DNA of 64,000 bases from Escherichia coli (GCF_030013205.1 NZ_CP122648.1); one strand, 5' to 3'. Positions 32,365 through 44,660 are shown, numbered from the stretch's first letter. A program made the numbers and translations. The notes: generated by a model not told the origin, from the letters alone.

Positions 32365-33837
32365 ATGTCATCGTTGCAAATTTTGCAAGGCACGTTTCGT
32401 CTTAGCGACACAAAAACGCTGCAATTGCCTCAGCTAACGTTAAACGCGGGTGATAGTTGGGCGTTTGTCGGTTCGAATGGAAGCGGGAAATCGGCCCTGG
32501 CCCGTGCGCTGGCGGGGGAACTTCCGCTTTTGAAAGGTGAACGGCAAAGCCAGTTTTCCCACATCACTCGTCTCTCCTTCGAGCAATTGCAAAAGCTCGT
32601 CAGCGACGAATGGCAGCGGAATAACACCGATATGCTCGGCCCTGGCGAAGATGACACCGGGCGTACCACGGCTGAAATCATTCAGGATGAAGTAAAGGAT
32701 GCACCGCGTTGTATGCAACTGGCGCAGCAGTTCGGTATTACCGCCCTCCTCGACCGACGCTTTAAATACCTTTCCACTGGCGAGACGCGAAAAACCCTGC
32801 TGTGTCAGGCGCTGATGTCGGAGCCTGACTTGTTGATTCTTGATGAGCCGTTCGATGGCCTGGATGTTGCCTCACGTCAGCAGCTGGCTGAGCTACTCGC
32901 CTCGTTACATCAGTCCGGTATTACTCTGGTACTGGTGCTCAATCGCTTCGATGAGATCCCGGAATTTGTCCAGTTTGCTGGCGTGCTGGCGGATTGTACG
33001 TTAGCGGAAACGGGCGCTAAAGAGGAACTGCTCCAACAAGCACTCGTTGCGCAACTGGCGCATAGCGAACAGCTTGAAGGTGTACAACTGCCGGAGCCGG
33101 ATGAACCTTCAGCACGTCACGCCTTACCCGCCAACGAACCGCGCATTGTGCTGAACAACGGCGTGGTTTCTTATAATGATCGCCCCATTCTTAATAACCT
33201 TAGCTGGCAGGTGAATCCAGGTGAACACTGGCAAATTGTCGGGCCAAATGGCGCGGGAAAATCGACGTTATTAAGCCTGATTACTGGCGATCATCCGCAA
33301 GGTTACAGCAACGATTTGACGCTTTTCGGACGACGTCGCGGCAGCGGCGAAACCATCTGGGATATCAAAAAGCATATCGGTTACGTCAGCAGTAGTTTGC
33401 ATCTGGATTACCGGGTCAGTACTACTGTGCGTAATGTGATTCTTTCTGGCTATTTTGATTCGATTGGCATTTATCAGGCCGTTTCGGATCGCCAGCAAAA
33501 ACTGGTGCAGCAGTGGCTGGATATTCTCGGCATTGATAAACGCACGGCTGACGCTCCGTTCCATAGTCTTTCCTGGGGGCAACAACGCCTGGCGCTGATC
33601 GTCCGCGCGCTGGTGAAACATCCGACGTTGCTTATTCTCGATGAACCACTACAGGGGCTTGATCCGCTCAATCGCCAGCTTATCCGCCGGTTTGTTGATG
33701 TGCTGATTAGCGAAGGTGAAACGCAATTGTTGTTTGTTTCGCACCACGCTGAAGATGCGCCTGCCTGTATTACCCATCGTCTTGAGTTCGTGCCAGACGG
33801 CGGACTCTATCGCTATGTGCTGACAAAAATAAATTGA
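32365..33837 (+). CDS. modF: ABC-family ATPase ModF (two ATPase domains)
   Basis: Two Walker A motifs (GSNGSGKS, GPNGAGKS); start at MSSLQILQG, 4 codons inside the track ORF. Confidence 0.9.
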   Translation: MSSLQILQGTFRLSDTKTLQLPQLTLNAGDSWAFVGSNGSGKSALARALAGELPLLKGERQSQFSHITRLSFEQLQKLVSDEWQRNNTDMLGPGEDDTGRTTAEIIQDEVKDAPRCMQLAQQFGITALLDRRFKYLSTGETRKTLLCQALMSEPDLLILDEPFDGLDVASRQQLAELLASLHQSGITLVLVLNRFDEIPEFVQFAGVLADCTLAETGAKEELLQQALVAQLAHSEQLEGVQLPEPDEPSARHALPANEPRIVLNNGVVSYNDRPILNNLSWQVNPGEHWQIVGPNGAGKSTLLSLITGDHPQGYSNDLTLFGRRRGSGETIWDIKKHIGYVSSSLHLDYRVSTTVRNVILSGYFDSIGIYQAVSDRQQKLVQQWLDILGIDKRTADAPFHSLSWGQQRLALIVRALVKHPTLLILDEPLQGLDPLNRQLIRRFVDVLISEGETQLLFVSHHAEDAPACITHRLEFVPDGGLYRYVLTKIN

Positions 33838-33900
33838 GTCGGTAGTGCTGACCGTGCCGGAGGCGGCCTAAGCGCCCTCTCCGGCCAACGGTTCGACGCA
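33838..33900. repeat. REP-like palindromic element after modF
   Basis: GCCGGAGGCGGC...GCCCTCTCCGGCC imperfect palindrome resembling the REP consensus. Confidence 0.35.
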
Positions 33901-34005
33901 TCCAGGCATGAAACCGCGTCTTTTTTTTCAGATAAAAAGCGCAATCATTCATAAACCCTCTGTTTTATAATCACTTAATCGCGCATAAAAAACGGCTAAA
34001 TTCTT

Positions 34006-34099
34006 GTGTAAACGATTCCACTAATTTATTCCATGTCACACTTTTCGCATCTTTGTTATGCTATGGTTATTTCATACCATAAGCCTAATGGAGCGAATT
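34006..34099 (+). promoter_or_regulatory. gal operon control region: GalR operator OE, CRP site, P2/P1 promoters
   Basis: GTGTAAACGATTCCAC (OE) then ...TTTGTTATGCTATGGTTATTTCATACC... with overlapping extended -10 elements, as recalled for galP1/P2. Confidence 0.8.
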
Positions 34100-35116
34100 A
34101 TGAGAGTTCTGGTTACCGGTGGTAGCGGTTACATTGGAAGTCATACCTGTGTGCAATTACTGCAAAACGGTCATGATGTCATCATTCTTGATAACCTCTG
34201 TAACAGTAAGCGCAGCGTACTGCCCGTTATCGAGCGTTTAGGCGGCAAACATCCAACGTTTGTTGAAGGCGATATCCGTAACGAAGCGTTGATGACCGAG
34301 ATCCTGCACGATCACGCTATCGACACCGTGATCCACTTCGCCGGGCTGAAAGCCGTTGGCGAATCGGTACAAAAACCGCTGGAATATTACGACAACAATG
34401 TTAACGGCACCCTGCGCCTGATTAGCGCCATGCGCGCCGCGAACGTCAAAAACTTTATCTTTAGCTCCTCCGCCACCGTTTATGGCGATCAGCCCAAAAT
34501 TCCATACGTTGAAAGCTTCCCGACCGGCACACCGCAAAGCCCTTACGGCAAAAGCAAACTGATGGTTGAACAGATCCTCACCGATCTGCAAAAAGCCCAG
34601 CCGGACTGGAGCATTGCCCTGCTGCGCTACTTCAACCCGGTTGGCGCACATCCGTCGGGCGATATGGGCGAAGATCCGCAAGGCATTCCGAATAACCTGA
34701 TGCCATACATCGCCCAGGTTGCTGTAGGCCGTCGCGACTCGCTGGCGATTTTTGGTAACGATTATCCGACCGAAGACGGTACTGGCGTACGCGATTACAT
34801 CCACGTAATGGATCTGGCGGACGGTCACGTCGTGGCGATGGAGAAACTGGCGAACAAGCCAGGCGTACACATCTACAACCTCGGCGCTGGCGTAGGCAGC
34901 AGCGTGCTGGACGTGGTTAATGCCTTCAGCAAAGCCTGCGGCAAACCAGTTAACTATCATTTTGCACCGCGTCGCGAGGGCGACCTTCCGGCCTACTGGG
35001 CGGACGCCAGCAAAGCCGACCGTGAACTGAACTGGCGCGTGACGCGCACACTCGATGAAATGGCGCAGGACACCTGGCACTGGCAGTCACGCCATCCACA
35101 GGGATATCCCGATTAA
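34100..35116 (+). CDS. galE: UDP-glucose 4-epimerase
   Basis: Starts MRVLVTGGSGYIGSH (Rossmann GxxGxxG), 338 aa; track ORF begins 14 codons upstream. Confidence 0.95.
   Translation: MRVLVTGGSGYIGSHTCVQLLQNGHDVIILDNLCNSKRSVLPVIERLGGKHPTFVEGDIRNEALMTEILHDHAIDTVIHFAGLKAVGESVQKPLEYYDNNVNGTLRLISAMRAANVKNFIFSSSATVYGDQPKIPYVESFPTGTPQSPYGKSKLMVEQILTDLQKAQPDWSIALLRYFNPVGAHPSGDMGEDPQGIPNNLMPYIAQVAVGRRDSLAIFGNDYPTEDGTGVRDYIHVMDLADGHVVAMEKLANKPGVHIYNLGAGVGSSVLDVVNAFSKACGKPVNYHFAPRREGDLPAYWADASKADRELNWRVTRTLDEMAQDTWHWQSRHPQGYPD
34119..34134. promoter_or_regulatory. GalR internal operator OI
   Basis: GTGGTAGCGGTTACAT inside the 5' end of galE, the recalled OI sequence. Confidence 0.75.
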
Positions 35117-35125
35117 GGAACGACC

Positions 35126-36172
35126 ATGACGCAATTTAATCCCGTTGATCATCCACATCGCCGCTACAACCCGCTCACCGGGCAATGGATTCTGGTTTCA
35201 CCGCACCGCGCTAAGCGCCCCTGGCAGGGGGCGCAGGAAACGCCAGCCAAACAGGTGTTACCTGCGCACGATCCAGATTGCTTCCTCTGCGCAGGTAATG
35301 TGCGGGTGACAGGCGATAAAAACCCCGATTACACCGGGACTTACGTTTTCACTAATGACTTTGCGGCCTTGATGTCTGACACGCCAGATGCGCCAGAAAG
35401 CAACGATCCGCTGATGCGTTGCCAGAGCGCGCGCGGTACCAGCCGGGTGATCTGCTTTTCACCGGATCACAGTAAAACGTTGCCAGAACTCAGCGTTGCG
35501 GCATTGACGGAAATCGTCAAAACCTGGCAGGAGCAAACCGCAGAACTGGGGAAAACATACCCATGGGTGCAGGTCTTTGAAAACAAAGGTGCGGCGATGG
35601 GCTGCTCTAACCCGCATCCGCACGGACAGATTTGGGCAAATAGCTTCCTGCCTAACGAAGCTGAGCGCGAAGACCGCCTGCAAAAAGAATATTTTGCCGA
35701 ACAGAAATCACCAATGCTGGTGGATTATGTTCAGCGCGAGCTGGCAGACGGTAGCCGTACCGTTGTCGAAACCGAACACTGGTTAGCCGTCGTGCCTTAC
35801 TGGGCTGCCTGGCCGTTCGAAACGCTACTGCTGCCCAAAGCCCACGTTTTACGGATCACCGATTTGACCGACGCCCAGCGCAGCGATTTGGCACTGGCGT
35901 TGAAAAAGCTGACCAGTCGTTATGACAACCTCTTCCAGTGCTCCTTCCCCTACTCTATGGGCTGGCACGGCGCGCCATTTAATGGCGAAGAGAATCAACA
36001 CTGGCAGCTGCACGCGCACTTTTATCCGCCTCTGTTGCGCTCCGCCACCGTACGTAAATTTATGGTTGGTTATGAAATGCTGGCAGAGACCCAGCGAGAC
36101 CTGACCGCAGAACAGGCAGCAGAGCGTTTGCGCGCAGTCAGCGATATCCATTTTCGCGAATCCGGAGTGTAA
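35126..36172 (+). CDS. galT: Galactose-1-phosphate uridylyltransferase
   Basis: 348 aa; gal operon synteny. Confidence 0.95.
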   Translation: MTQFNPVDHPHRRYNPLTGQWILVSPHRAKRPWQGAQETPAKQVLPAHDPDCFLCAGNVRVTGDKNPDYTGTYVFTNDFAALMSDTPDAPESNDPLMRCQSARGTSRVICFSPDHSKTLPELSVAALTEIVKTWQEQTAELGKTYPWVQVFENKGAAMGCSNPHPHGQIWANSFLPNEAEREDRLQKEYFAEQKSPMLVDYVQRELADGSRTVVETEHWLAVVPYWAAWPFETLLLPKAHVLRITDLTDAQRSDLALALKKLTSRYDNLFQCSFPYSMGWHGAPFNGEENQHWQLHAHFYPPLLRSATVRKFMVGYEMLAETQRDLTAEQAAERLRAVSDIHFRESGV

Positions 36173-36175
36173 GAA

Positions 36176-37324
36176 ATGAGTCTGAAAGAAAAAACACAAT
36201 CTCTGTTTGCCAACGCATTTGGCTACCCTGCCACTCACACCATTCAGGCGCCTGGCCGCGTGAATTTGATTGGTGAACACACCGACTACAACGACGGTTT
36301 CGTTCTGCCCTGCGCGATTGATTATCAAACCGTGATCAGTTGTGCACCACGCGATGACCGTAAAGTTCGCGTGATGGCAGCCGATTATGAAAATCAGCTC
36401 GACGAGTTTTCCCTCGATGCGCCCATTGTCGCGCATGAAAGCTATCAATGGGCTAACTACGTTCGTGGCGTGGTGAAACATCTGCAACTGCGTAACAACA
36501 GCTTCGGCGGCGTGGACATGGTGATTAGCGGCAACGTGCCGCAGGGTGCCGGGTTAAGTTCTTCCGCTTCACTGGAAGTCGCGGTCGGAACCGTATTGCA
36601 GCAGCTTTATCATCTGCCGCTGGACGGCGCACAAATCGCGCTTAACGGCCAGGAAGCAGAAAACCAGTTTGTTGGCTGTAACTGCGGGATCATGGATCAG
36701 CTAATTTCCGCACTCGGCAAGAAAGATCATGCCTTGCTGATTGACTGCCGCTCACTGGGGACTAAAGCAGTTTCCATGCCGAAAGGTGTGGCTGTCGTCA
36801 TCATTAACAGTAACTTCAAACGTACCCTGGTTGGCAGCGAATACAACACCCGTCGTGAACAGTGCGAAACTGGTGCGCGTTTCTTCCAGCAGCCAGCGCT
36901 GCGCGATGTCACCATTGAAGAGTTCAACGCTGTTGCGCATGAACTGGACCCAATCGTGGCAAAACGCGTGCGTCATATCCTGACTGAAAACGCCCGCACC
37001 GTTGAAGCTGCCAGCGCGCTGGAGCAAGGCGACCTGAAACGTATGGGCGAGTTGATGGCGGAGTCTCATACCTCTATGCGCGATGATTTCGAAATCACCG
37101 TGCCGCAAATTGACACTCTGGTAGAAATCGTCAAAGCTGTGATTGGCGACAAAGGTGGCGTACGCATGACCGGCGGCGGATTTGGCGGCTGTATCGTCGC
37201 GCTGATCCCGGAAGAGCTGGTGCCTGCCGTACAGCAAGCTGTCGCTGAACAATATGAAGCAAAAACAGGTATTAAAGAGACTTTTTACGTTTGTAAACCA
37301 TCACAAGGAGCAGGACAGTGCTGA
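36176..37324 (+). CDS. galK: Galactokinase
   Basis: 382 aa; GHMP kinase motif GAGLSSSAS. Confidence 0.95.
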   Translation: MSLKEKTQSLFANAFGYPATHTIQAPGRVNLIGEHTDYNDGFVLPCAIDYQTVISCAPRDDRKVRVMAADYENQLDEFSLDAPIVAHESYQWANYVRGVVKHLQLRNNSFGGVDMVISGNVPQGAGLSSSASLEVAVGTVLQQLYHLPLDGAQIALNGQEAENQFVGCNCGIMDQLISALGKKDHALLIDCRSLGTKAVSMPKGVAVVIINSNFKRTLVGSEYNTRREQCETGARFFQQPALRDVTIEEFNAVAHELDPIVAKRVRHILTENARTVEAASALEQGDLKRMGELMAESHTSMRDDFEITVPQIDTLVEIVKAVIGDKGGVRMTGGGFGGCIVALIPEELVPAVQQAVAEQYEAKTGIKETFYVCKPSQGAGQC

Positions 37325-38358
37325 ACGAAACTCCCGCACTGGCACCCGATGGTCAGCCGTACCGACTGTTAACTTTGCGTAACAACGCAGGGATGGTAGT
37401 CACGCTGATGGACTGGGGTGCGACTTTACTTTCAGCCCGTATTCCGCTTTCCGATGGCAGCGTCCGCGAGGCGCTGCTTGGCTGCGCCAGCCCGGAATGC
37501 TATCAGGATCAGGCCGCGTTTCTGGGGGCCTCTATTGGTCGTTATGCCAACCGCATCGCCAATAGCCGTTATACCTTTGACGGTGAAACCGTGACGCTTT
37601 CGCCAAGCCAGGGCGTTAACCAGCTGCACGGCGGCCCGGAAGGGTTCGACAAACGTCGCTGGCAGATTGTGAACCAGAATGATCGTCAGGTGCTATTTGC
37701 CCTGAGTTCAGATGATGGCGATCAGGGCTTCCCGGGTAATCTCGGCGCGACGGTGCAATATCGTCTGACCGACGATAACCGTATCTCCATTACTTATCGC
37801 GCCACAGTTGATAAACCTTGCCCGGTGAATATGACTAATCACGTCTATTTCAATCTTGACGGCGAGCAGTCTGACGTGCGCAATCACAAGTTGCAGATTC
37901 TGGCGGACGAATATCTGCCGGTTGATGAAGGCGGCATTCCGCACGACGGCCTAAAATCTGTCGCTGGAACGTCTTTTGATTTCCGCAGCGCCAAAATCAT
38001 CGCCAGTGAGTTTCTTGCCGACGACGATCAGCGCAAAGTGAAAGGTTACGATCACGCGTTCTTGTTACAGGCCAAAGGCGATGGCAAGAAAGTGGCGGCG
38101 CATGTCTGGTCAGCAGATGAAAAATTGCAGCTGAAGGTCTACACCACCGCTCCGGCTCTGCAATTCTACTCCGGCAACTACCTCGGCGGCACACCGTCGC
38201 GGGGAACCGAACCTTACGCCGACTGGCAAGGGCTGGCGTTGGAAAGCGAGTTTCTGCCGGACAGCCCGAACCACCCTGAATGGCCGCAACCGGACTGCTT
38301 CCTGCGTCCTGGCGAAGAGTATTCCAGCCTGACGGAATATCAGTTTATTGCTGAGTAA
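37318..38358 (+). CDS. galM: Aldose 1-epimerase (mutarotase)
   Basis: 346 aa; overlaps the galK stop. Confidence 0.95.
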   Translation: MLNETPALAPDGQPYRLLTLRNNAGMVVTLMDWGATLLSARIPLSDGSVREALLGCASPECYQDQAAFLGASIGRYANRIANSRYTFDGETVTLSPSQGVNQLHGGPEGFDKRRWQIVNQNDRQVLFALSSDDGDQGFPGNLGATVQYRLTDDNRISITYRATVDKPCPVNMTNHVYFNLDGEQSDVRNHKLQILADEYLPVDEGGIPHDGLKSVAGTSFDFRSAKIIASEFLADDDQRKVKGYDHAFLLQAKGDGKKVAAHVWSADEKLQLKVYTTAPALQFYSGNYLGGTPSRGTEPYADWQGLALESEFLPDSPNHPEWPQPDCFLRPGEEYSSLTEYQFIAE

Positions 38359-38362
38359 TGTT

Positions 38363-38383
38363 AAGCCCTCGTCATGAGGGCTT
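38363..38383 (+). terminator. Hairpin after galM
   Basis: AAGCCCTC-GTCAT-GAGGGCTT with a short T run. Confidence 0.45.
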
Positions 38384-38560
38384 TATCTTCATATTGTTCA
38401 AATCACCAGCAAACACCGACATATTTGCAACTCAATATTCACAACAACCTTACACTGCGACACTATTTTCGCTATGGTTATGCGTAAGCATTGCTGTTGC
38501 TTCGTCACGGCAATATAATGAGAATTATTATCATTAAAAGATGATTTGAGGAGTAAGTAT

Positions 38561-39313
38561 ATGGCTGTAACTAAGCTGGTTCTGGTTCGTCATGGCGAAA
38601 GTCAGTGGAACAAAGAAAACCGTTTCACCGGTTGGTACGACGTGGATCTGTCTGAGAAAGGCGTAAGCGAAGCAAAAGCAGCAGGTAAGCTGCTGAAAGA
38701 GGAAGGTTACAGCTTTGACTTTGCTTACACCTCTGTGCTGAAACGCGCTATCCATACCCTGTGGAATGTGCTGGACGAACTGGATCAGGCATGGCTGCCC
38801 GTTGAGAAATCCTGGAAACTGAACGAACGTCACTATGGTGCGTTGCAGGGTCTGAACAAAGCAGAAACCGCTGAAAAGTATGGCGACGAGCAGGTGAAAC
38901 AGTGGCGTCGTGGTTTTGCAGTGACTCCGCCGGAACTGACTAAAGATGATGAGCGTTATCCGGGTCACGATCCACGTTACGCGAAGCTGAGCGAGAAAGA
39001 ACTGCCACTGACGGAAAGCCTGGCGCTGACCATTGACCGCGTGATCCCTTACTGGAATGAAACCATTCTGCCGCGTATGAAGAGCGGTGAGCGCGTAATC
39101 ATCGCCGCACACGGTAACTCGTTACGTGCGCTGGTGAAATATCTCGATAACATGAGCGAAGAAGAGATTCTTGAGCTGAATATCCCGACTGGTGTGCCAC
39201 TGGTGTATGAGTTCGACGAGAATTTCAAACCGTTGAAACGCTATTATCTGGGTAATGCTGACGAGATCGCGGCGAAAGCAGCGGCCGTTGCGAACCAGGG
39301 TAAAGCGAAGTAA
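38561..39313 (+). CDS. gpmA: 2,3-bisphosphoglycerate-dependent phosphoglycerate mutase
   Basis: Starts [17 protein letters not shown] (catalytic RHGE motif), 250 aa. Confidence 0.95.
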
Positions 39314-39336
39314 ACGTCATTCGCTTAAAAATGAGA

Positions 39337-39365
39337 AAGCCGACTGCAAGTGAGTCGGCTTTTTT
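39337..39365 (+). terminator. Intrinsic terminator after gpmA
   Basis: AAGCCGACT-GCAAGTGA-GTCGGCTT followed by TTTTTT. Confidence 0.65.
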
Positions 39366-39394
39366 GTTTGTCGTTGCTAACAATGGAGCACATT

Positions 39395-39465
39395 GCCTGA
39401 TGCGACGCTGCGCGTCTTGTCAGGGCTACGGTGATTCATCGGATACGCCACTCTGACGGCGCATC
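39395..39465. repeat. REP/BIME element between gpmA and aroG
   Basis: GCCTGATGCGACGCTGCGCGTCTTGTCAGGGCTACGG is a canonical REP; an inverted partial copy follows. Confidence 0.6.
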
Positions 39466-39478
39466 CGACAATTAAACC

Positions 39479-40531
39479 TTACCCGCGACGCGCTTTTACT
39501 GCATTCGCCAGTTGACGTAACAGAGCATCGGTATCTTCCCAGCCGATGCAGGCATCAGTGATGCTCTTGCCATAGGCCAGCGGTTCCCCACTCTCGAGGC
39601 TCTGATTGCCTTCCACCAGATGGCTTTCCACCATCACGCCAATAATGGCCTTTTCGCCACCGGCAATCTGCTGGCAAACGTCAGCACAAACATCCATCTG
39701 CTTTTTGAATTGTTTTGACGAGTTAGCATGGCTGAAATCGATCATCACCTGTGCTGGCAGGCCTGCTTTGTTCAGCCCTTCTTTCACTTCAGCAACGTGC
39801 TTCGCGCTGTAGTTAGGCTCTTTACCACCGCGCAGAATGATATGGCAATCGCCGTTACCGCTGGTATTCACAATCGCCGAATGCCCCCATTTCGTTACGG
39901 ACAGGAAGCAGTGCGGCGCACCGGCGGCATTAATGGCATCGATAGCCACTTTAATCGTACCGTCGGTGCCATTTTTGAAGCCGACCGGACAAGAAAGACC
40001 AGACGCCAGTTCGCGGTGCACCTGCGATTCCGTAGTACGTGCGCCAATTGCCCCCCAACTCATCAGGTCCGCGAGATATTGTGGGGTGATCATATCGAGA
40101 AATTCACCCGCTGCTGGCAAACCGCTGTCGTTAATATCAAGCAGCAATTTACGGGCAATACGCAGACCGTCGTTGATCTGGAAGCTGTTATCCATATGCG
40201 GATCATTAATCAGCCCTTTCCAGCCCACCGTTGTACGCGGCTTTTCAAAATAGACGCGCATTACGATTTCCAGCTCATCTTTCAGCTCTTCACGCATCGT
40301 CAGCAAGCGAGTGGCATACTCTTTTGCTGCGACAGGATCATGAATTGAGCATGGGCCAATCACCACCAGCAGGCGATCATCATTACCTTTCAGGATCTTA
40401 TGGATCGCTTTTCGGGCATGGGCAACCGTATTCGCGGCATTTTCAGTAGCGGGGAATTTTTCCAGCAATGCGACAGGAGGAAGTAACTCTTTGATTTCTT
40501 TGATGCGTAAATCGTCGTTCTGATAATTCAT
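39479..40531 (-). CDS. aroG: Phe-sensitive DAHP synthase
   Basis: 350 aa starting MNYQNDDLRIKEIKELLPP. Confidence 0.95.
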   Translation of the reverse strand: MNYQNDDLRIKEIKELLPPVALLEKFPATENAANTVAHARKAIHKILKGNDDRLLVVIGPCSIHDPVAAKEYATRLLTMREELKDELEIVMRVYFEKPRTTVGWKGLINDPHMDNSFQINDGLRIARKLLLDINDSGLPAAGEFLDMITPQYLADLMSWGAIGARTTESQVHRELASGLSCPVGFKNGTDGTIKVAIDAINAAGAPHCFLSVTKWGHSAIVNTSGNGDCHIILRGGKEPNYSAKHVAEVKEGLNKAGLPAQVMIDFSHANSSKQFKKQMDVCADVCQQIAGGEKAIIGVMVESHLVEGNQSLESGEPLAYGKSITDACIGWEDTDALLRQLANAVKARRG

Positions 40532-40601
40532 GTCTGTTCCAGTGTTGCCATACTTATCTTAGTGAATGCAATACTTCCAATCTATATCTTCCGTCAGAAT
40601 G

Positions 40602-40619
40602 TGTAAACGGGGTTTTACA
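40602..40619. promoter_or_regulatory. TyrR box upstream of aroG
   Basis: TGTAAACGGGGTTTTACA fits TGTAAA-N6-TTTACA. Confidence 0.7.
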
Positions 40620-40846
40620 CTATGAACGGATTAATCCTGGAATTAGCAAGAAAAACGCCAGATTGTCGCGAAAAACGAGATCTCTCCTACAATTTCTAAC
40701 TGTAACTCCTTTGTTTGTTAATTATTTCAAGATTCTCTGCTGGGTATCTTTGCCTGGCTGAAATCTTAAACCATTGCCTTATATTCACCTGCAAATGCAC
40801 TGTTGGAAGAGGTTATCCGACATAACGACCATAACAGGAGCATCCT

Positions 40847-41227
40847 ATGAAAATGACAAAACTGGCCACACTATTTTTGACTACCACTCTAAGCCTTGCC
40901 AGCGGTGCCGCACTGGCTGCCGATAGCGGAGCGCAAAGCAATAACGGCCAGGCAAACGCCGCAGCTGATGCGGGCCAGATAGCCCCTGATGCCCGTGAAA
41001 ATGTCGCGCCAAATAACGTCGACAATAACGGGGTAAATACCGGTTCTGGCGGCACAATGCTGCATCCGGATGGTTCTTCAATGAACAATGACGGCATGAC
41101 CAAAGATGAAGAGCACAAGAACACCATGTGCAAAGATGGTCGCTGCCCGGATATCAATAAAAAAGTCCAAACCGGTGATGGCATCAACAATGATGTCGAT
41201 ACCAAAACCGACGGTACCACGCAGTAA
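40847..41227 (+). CDS. ybgS: Secreted protein YbgS
   Basis: 126 aa with a signal peptide; Asn/Gly/Asp-rich; K-12 synteny. Confidence 0.85.
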   Translation: MKMTKLATLFLTTTLSLASGAALAADSGAQSNNGQANAAADAGQIAPDARENVAPNNVDNNGVNTGSGGTMLHPDGSSMNNDGMTKDEEHKNTMCKDGRCPDINKKVQTGDGINNDVDTKTDGTTQ

Positions 41228-41340
41228 CCCTGCGAAATAGCCAATAATGGGAGAGCGGAGTCTCTCCCTTTTAATTTTTCCCTTCTAAAAGCAGTATGAT
41301 GTCATAAAGTTAAGTGAGAATAATTAAGGGATGACTCGTC

Positions 41341-42282
41341 ATGGCGCACTCACACTCACACACTTCCTCACACCTGCCAGAAGATAATAATGCTCGTCGC
41401 TTGTTGTATGCTTTCGGCGTGACTGCCGGGTTTATGCTCGTAGAAGTCATTGGTGGTTTTCTTTCCGGTTCTCTGGCATTGCTGGCCGATGCGGGTCATA
41501 TGTTGACCGATACTGCCGCCCTGCTTTTCGCCCTACTCGCAGTGCAATTTTCCCGTCGTCCTCCCACCATTCGCCACACTTTCGGTTGGCTAAGATTGAC
41601 CACGCTCGCGGCGTTTGTGAATGCCATCGCCCTGGTGGTGATTACTATTTTGATTGTCTGGGAGGCGATAGAACGCTTCCGCACTCCGCGTCCGGTCGAG
41701 GGCGGCATGATGATGGCAATTGCCGTGGCTGGGCTGCTGGCAAATATACTTTCTTTCTGGTTACTTCATCACGGCAGCGAAGAGAAAAACCTCAACGTGC
41801 GAGCAGCGGCACTGCATGTGCTCGGGGACCTGCTGGGTTCGGTTGGGGCTATTATTGCCGCGTTGATTATTATCTGGACCGGCTGGACACCTGCTGACCC
41901 CATTCTCTCAATACTGGTGTCGCTTCTGGTTCTGCGTAGCGCGTGGCGACTGTTGAAAGATAGCGTGAATGAATTACTTGAAGGTGCACCGGTATCGCTG
42001 GATATCGCCGAACTGAAGCGTCGTATGTGCCGGGAAATCCCGGAAGTCCGCAATGTGCACCATGTACATGTATGGATGGTAGGCGAGAAGCCGGTGATGA
42101 CGCTGCATGTGCAGGTGATCCCGCCACACGATCACGATGCCTTGTTAGATCAGATCCAACACTACCTGATGGATCACTATCAGATTGAGCACGCCACTAT
42201 TCAGATGGAATATCAACCTTGTCATGGGCCAGACTGCCACCTGAATGAAGGGGTGTCTGGCCATTCACATCATCACCATTAA
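41341..42282 (+). CDS. zitB: Zinc efflux transporter (cation diffusion facilitator)
   Basis: 313 aa, His-rich N- and C-termini (HSHSH, HSHHHH), six TM segments. Confidence 0.93.
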   Translation: MAHSHSHTSSHLPEDNNARRLLYAFGVTAGFMLVEVIGGFLSGSLALLADAGHMLTDTAALLFALLAVQFSRRPPTIRHTFGWLRLTTLAAFVNAIALVVITILIVWEAIERFRTPRPVEGGMMMAIAVAGLLANILSFWLLHHGSEEKNLNVRAAALHVLGDLLGSVGAIIAALIIIWTGWTPADPILSILVSLLVLRSAWRLLKDSVNELLEGAPVSLDIAELKRRMCREIPEVRNVHHVHVWMVGEKPVMTLHVQVIPPHDHDALLDQIQHYLMDHYQIEHATIQMEYQPCHGPDCHLNEGVSGHSHHHH

Positions 42283-42998
42283 TGGGACAGCGCGCGTGAA
42301 CCTCTTTCGCGTGCGCTGTTGATCCACATCCGGCTGCCGTTGAGGGCAATAAAGGTCAGGATGATGTACTCCAGAGACATGGCGTAAACGCCCTGAAGTG
42401 CAAAAATAACGACGCTAATCACGTTAATAATCACCCACAACAGCCAGTTTTCCACATACTTACGCGTCATCAGAATCATTGCCACGATAGATAACACCAT
42501 CATGCATGAATCCCAGAACGGGAAAGCGTCCGGTTGCAGTTCAGGCATCACAACCTGTAATCCTAATGCTTGCATGATCATGACTGCCACGCGGGTCAAA
42601 AATGCAAACACCGGATTGATAAATACCGTCATCAGACCAATCGAAACAACGCAAACCGCCAACCAGCTTAGCGCCTTCGGCAATGGCAACCAGCGAATTT
42701 TCAACTCCGCCTCGTTCTGACTGGTTTGTCGCGACCACGCATACCAACCGTAAATATTCGCGGCAAAGAAAAACACCTGTAATAGCAGGCTGGCATACAG
42801 CTGAATCTGAAAGAAAATAATGCCAAACAAGGTGACGTTGATCAGGCCAAAGAAGTAGTTGCTGATCTTCTCCAGACTGGCAAGGCCAATACACAGCAAC
42901 CCGGCGATCGTGCCTACCGCTTCGATCCATGAGAGATCATAACCGCCTGCTCCTATTGGTATATGTACCAGGATATTCTGCACACTAAAAAAATCCAT
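42279..42998 (-). CDS. pnuC: Nicotinamide riboside transporter
   Basis: 239-aa membrane protein downstream of nadA. Confidence 0.93.
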   Translation of the reverse strand: MDFFSVQNILVHIPIGAGGYDLSWIEAVGTIAGLLCIGLASLEKISNYFFGLINVTLFGIIFFQIQLYASLLLQVFFFAANIYGWYAWSRQTSQNEAELKIRWLPLPKALSWLAVCVVSIGLMTVFINPVFAFLTRVAVMIMQALGLQVVMPELQPDAFPFWDSCMMVLSIVAMILMTRKYVENWLLWVIINVISVVIFALQGVYAMSLEYIILTFIALNGSRMWINSARERGSRALSH

Positions 42999-43035
42999 CT
43001 TTCCCCCAAAGCGTAACGTTACGCCTTATTATTCG

Positions 43036-44079
43036 TTATCCACGTAGTGTAGCCGCAAAATCCAGCATACGATTGAGCGGCACCAGCGCCCTCTCTCGCA
43101 GCCTTTCATCAACATGAACCTCGTGATTGCTTCCTTCCTGTTCTAATGCCTCTGCGATGGCCTGAAGGCCATTCATGGCCATCCACGGACAATGCGCGCA
43201 GCTGCGGCAGGTTGCACCCTCACTTGCGGTTGGTGCTTCCAGTAACTCTTTATCTGGCACCGCCTGCTGCATTTTGTAGAAAATACCCCGATCGGTTGCC
43301 ACAATAAGCCTCTGATGTGGCAATGTTTTCGCAGCAGCGATCAGTTGACTGGTGGAACCGACCGCATCCGCCATATCGACAATAGCTTGTGGTGATTCTG
43401 GATGCACCAGTATGGCAGCATCCGGGTATTCTTCTTGCAAGCGGGTTAACGCCTGAGTCTTAAATTCATCATGCACAATGCAGGCACCCTGCCAGCATAA
43501 AATGTCTGCGCCCGTCTGTTTTTGCACGTAACGCCCCAGATGTTTGTCGGGAGCCCAGATGATTTTTTCACCCAAACTATCCAGATGATCAATAAGTTCG
43601 ACAGCAATGCTTGAAGTTACCACCCAATCTGCCCGCGCTTTTACCGCAGCAGAAGTGTTGGCGTAGACGACGACAGTATGATCGGGATGGGCATCGCAAA
43701 ATGCGTTAAATTCTTCAACTGGGCAGCCGAGATCCAGTGAACATTCAGCCTGAAGTGTCGGCATCAGAATTGTTTTTTCCGGACTGAGAATTTTGGCGGT
43801 TTCTCCCATAAATCTCACCCCAGCGACTAACAACGTAGAAGCGGGATGCTTTGCACCGAAGCGCGCCATTTCCAGAGAATCAGAAATACAGCCACCGGTT
43901 TCTTCTGCCAGTTGTTGAATTTCGGGATCGGTATAGTAATGGGCAACCATCACCGCATTACGTTCTTTTAGCAGACGTTTTATCTTCTCGCGGTAATACG
44001 CTTTTTCATCAATGCTTAACGGCGTCGGCTTCGGGGGGAAAGGATAAATCGCCGTGTCTGGATCAAACATCACGCTCAT
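43036..44079 (-). CDS. nadA: Quinolinate synthase A
   Basis: 347 aa starting [18 protein letters not shown]. Confidence 0.95.
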   Translation of the reverse strand: MSVMFDPDTAIYPFPPKPTPLSIDEKAYYREKIKRLLKERNAVMVAHYYTDPEIQQLAEETGGCISDSLEMARFGAKHPASTLLVAGVRFMGETAKILSPEKTILMPTLQAECSLDLGCPVEEFNAFCDAHPDHTVVVYANTSAAVKARADWVVTSSIAVELIDHLDSLGEKIIWAPDKHLGRYVQKQTGADILCWQGACIVHDEFKTQALTRLQEEYPDAAILVHPESPQAIVDMADAVGSTSQLIAAAKTLPHQRLIVATDRGIFYKMQQAVPDKELLEAPTASEGATCRSCAHCPWMAMNGLQAIAEALEQEGSNHEVHVDERLRERALVPLNRMLDFAATLRG

Positions 44080-44151
44080 CTTACCATCTCGTTTTACAGG
44101 CTTAACGTTAAAACCGACATGAGCGTAATATTCGCTGTTATCGGTGTAATT

Positions 44152-44169
44152 TGTTTTATATGCTAAACA
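44152..44169. promoter_or_regulatory. NadR operator upstream of nadA
   Basis: TGTTTTATATGCTAAACA palindrome (TGTTTA...TAAACA). Confidence 0.65.
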
Positions 44170-44356
44170 AGATAGTCGAATGGTGGGGAAAAGTCACTCG
44201 AATTACGTATGAGATGCCGAATGCCACACTTTGCGTCTTATTTCTCCGACGTAAAGTTGTTTACGCAGCAAACGCGGAGTATGTCATCTGGGTTAAGAAT
44301 TGAAATTGAGAGATGCCTGAATAGCAAAAAAGCGCCTTTAGGGCGCTTTTTTACAT

Positions 44357-44432
44357 TGGTGGGTCGTGCAGGATTCGAACCTGCGACCAATTGATTAAAA
44401 GTCAACTGCTCTACCAACTGAGCTAACGACCC
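44357..44432 (-). tRNA. tRNA-Lys(UUU)
   Basis: Reverse complement equals the recalled E. coli tRNA-Lys (GGGTCGTTAGCTCAGTTGGTAGAGCAGTTGACTTTTAATCAATTGGTCGCAGGTTCGAATCCTGCACGACCCACCA). Confidence 0.95.
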
Positions 44433-44465
44433 CTTGCGGGATTATGCTGCTTTAATCATTCAGGA

Positions 44466-44541
44466 TGGTGGGTCGTGCAGGATTCGAACCTGCGACCAAT
44501 TGATTAAAAGTCAACTGCTCTACCAACTGAGCTAACGACCC
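44466..44541 (-). tRNA. tRNA-Lys(UUU)
   Basis: Identical copy of the 76-nt tRNA-Lys sequence. Confidence 0.93.
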
Positions 44542-44590
44542 ATACGGGTGTTACCTGAAAGATTTCTACTCGAAACCAATCTTTAAGATT

Positions 44591-44660
44591 GGTGGGTCGT
44601 GCAGGATGACTCGCTTCGCTCGCCCTACGGGCCGTTGCTGGCGCAACGTTATCCTTCACG
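44591..44660 (-). repeat. Spacer unit: truncated tRNA-Lys 3' end (17 nt) fused to a ~55-bp conserved repeat
   Basis: TGGTGGGTCGTGCAGGA followed by TGACTCGCTTCGCTCGCCCTACGGGCCGTTGCTGGCGCAACGTTATCCTTCACG; second copy at 44877-44950. Confidence 0.5.

Noticed and set aside
34238-35080. 280-aa minus-strand ORF
   Set aside because: Antisense to galE, a well-supported gene; shadow ORF.
35849-36487. 212-aa minus-strand ORF
   Set aside because: Antisense to the galT/galK junction; shadow ORF.
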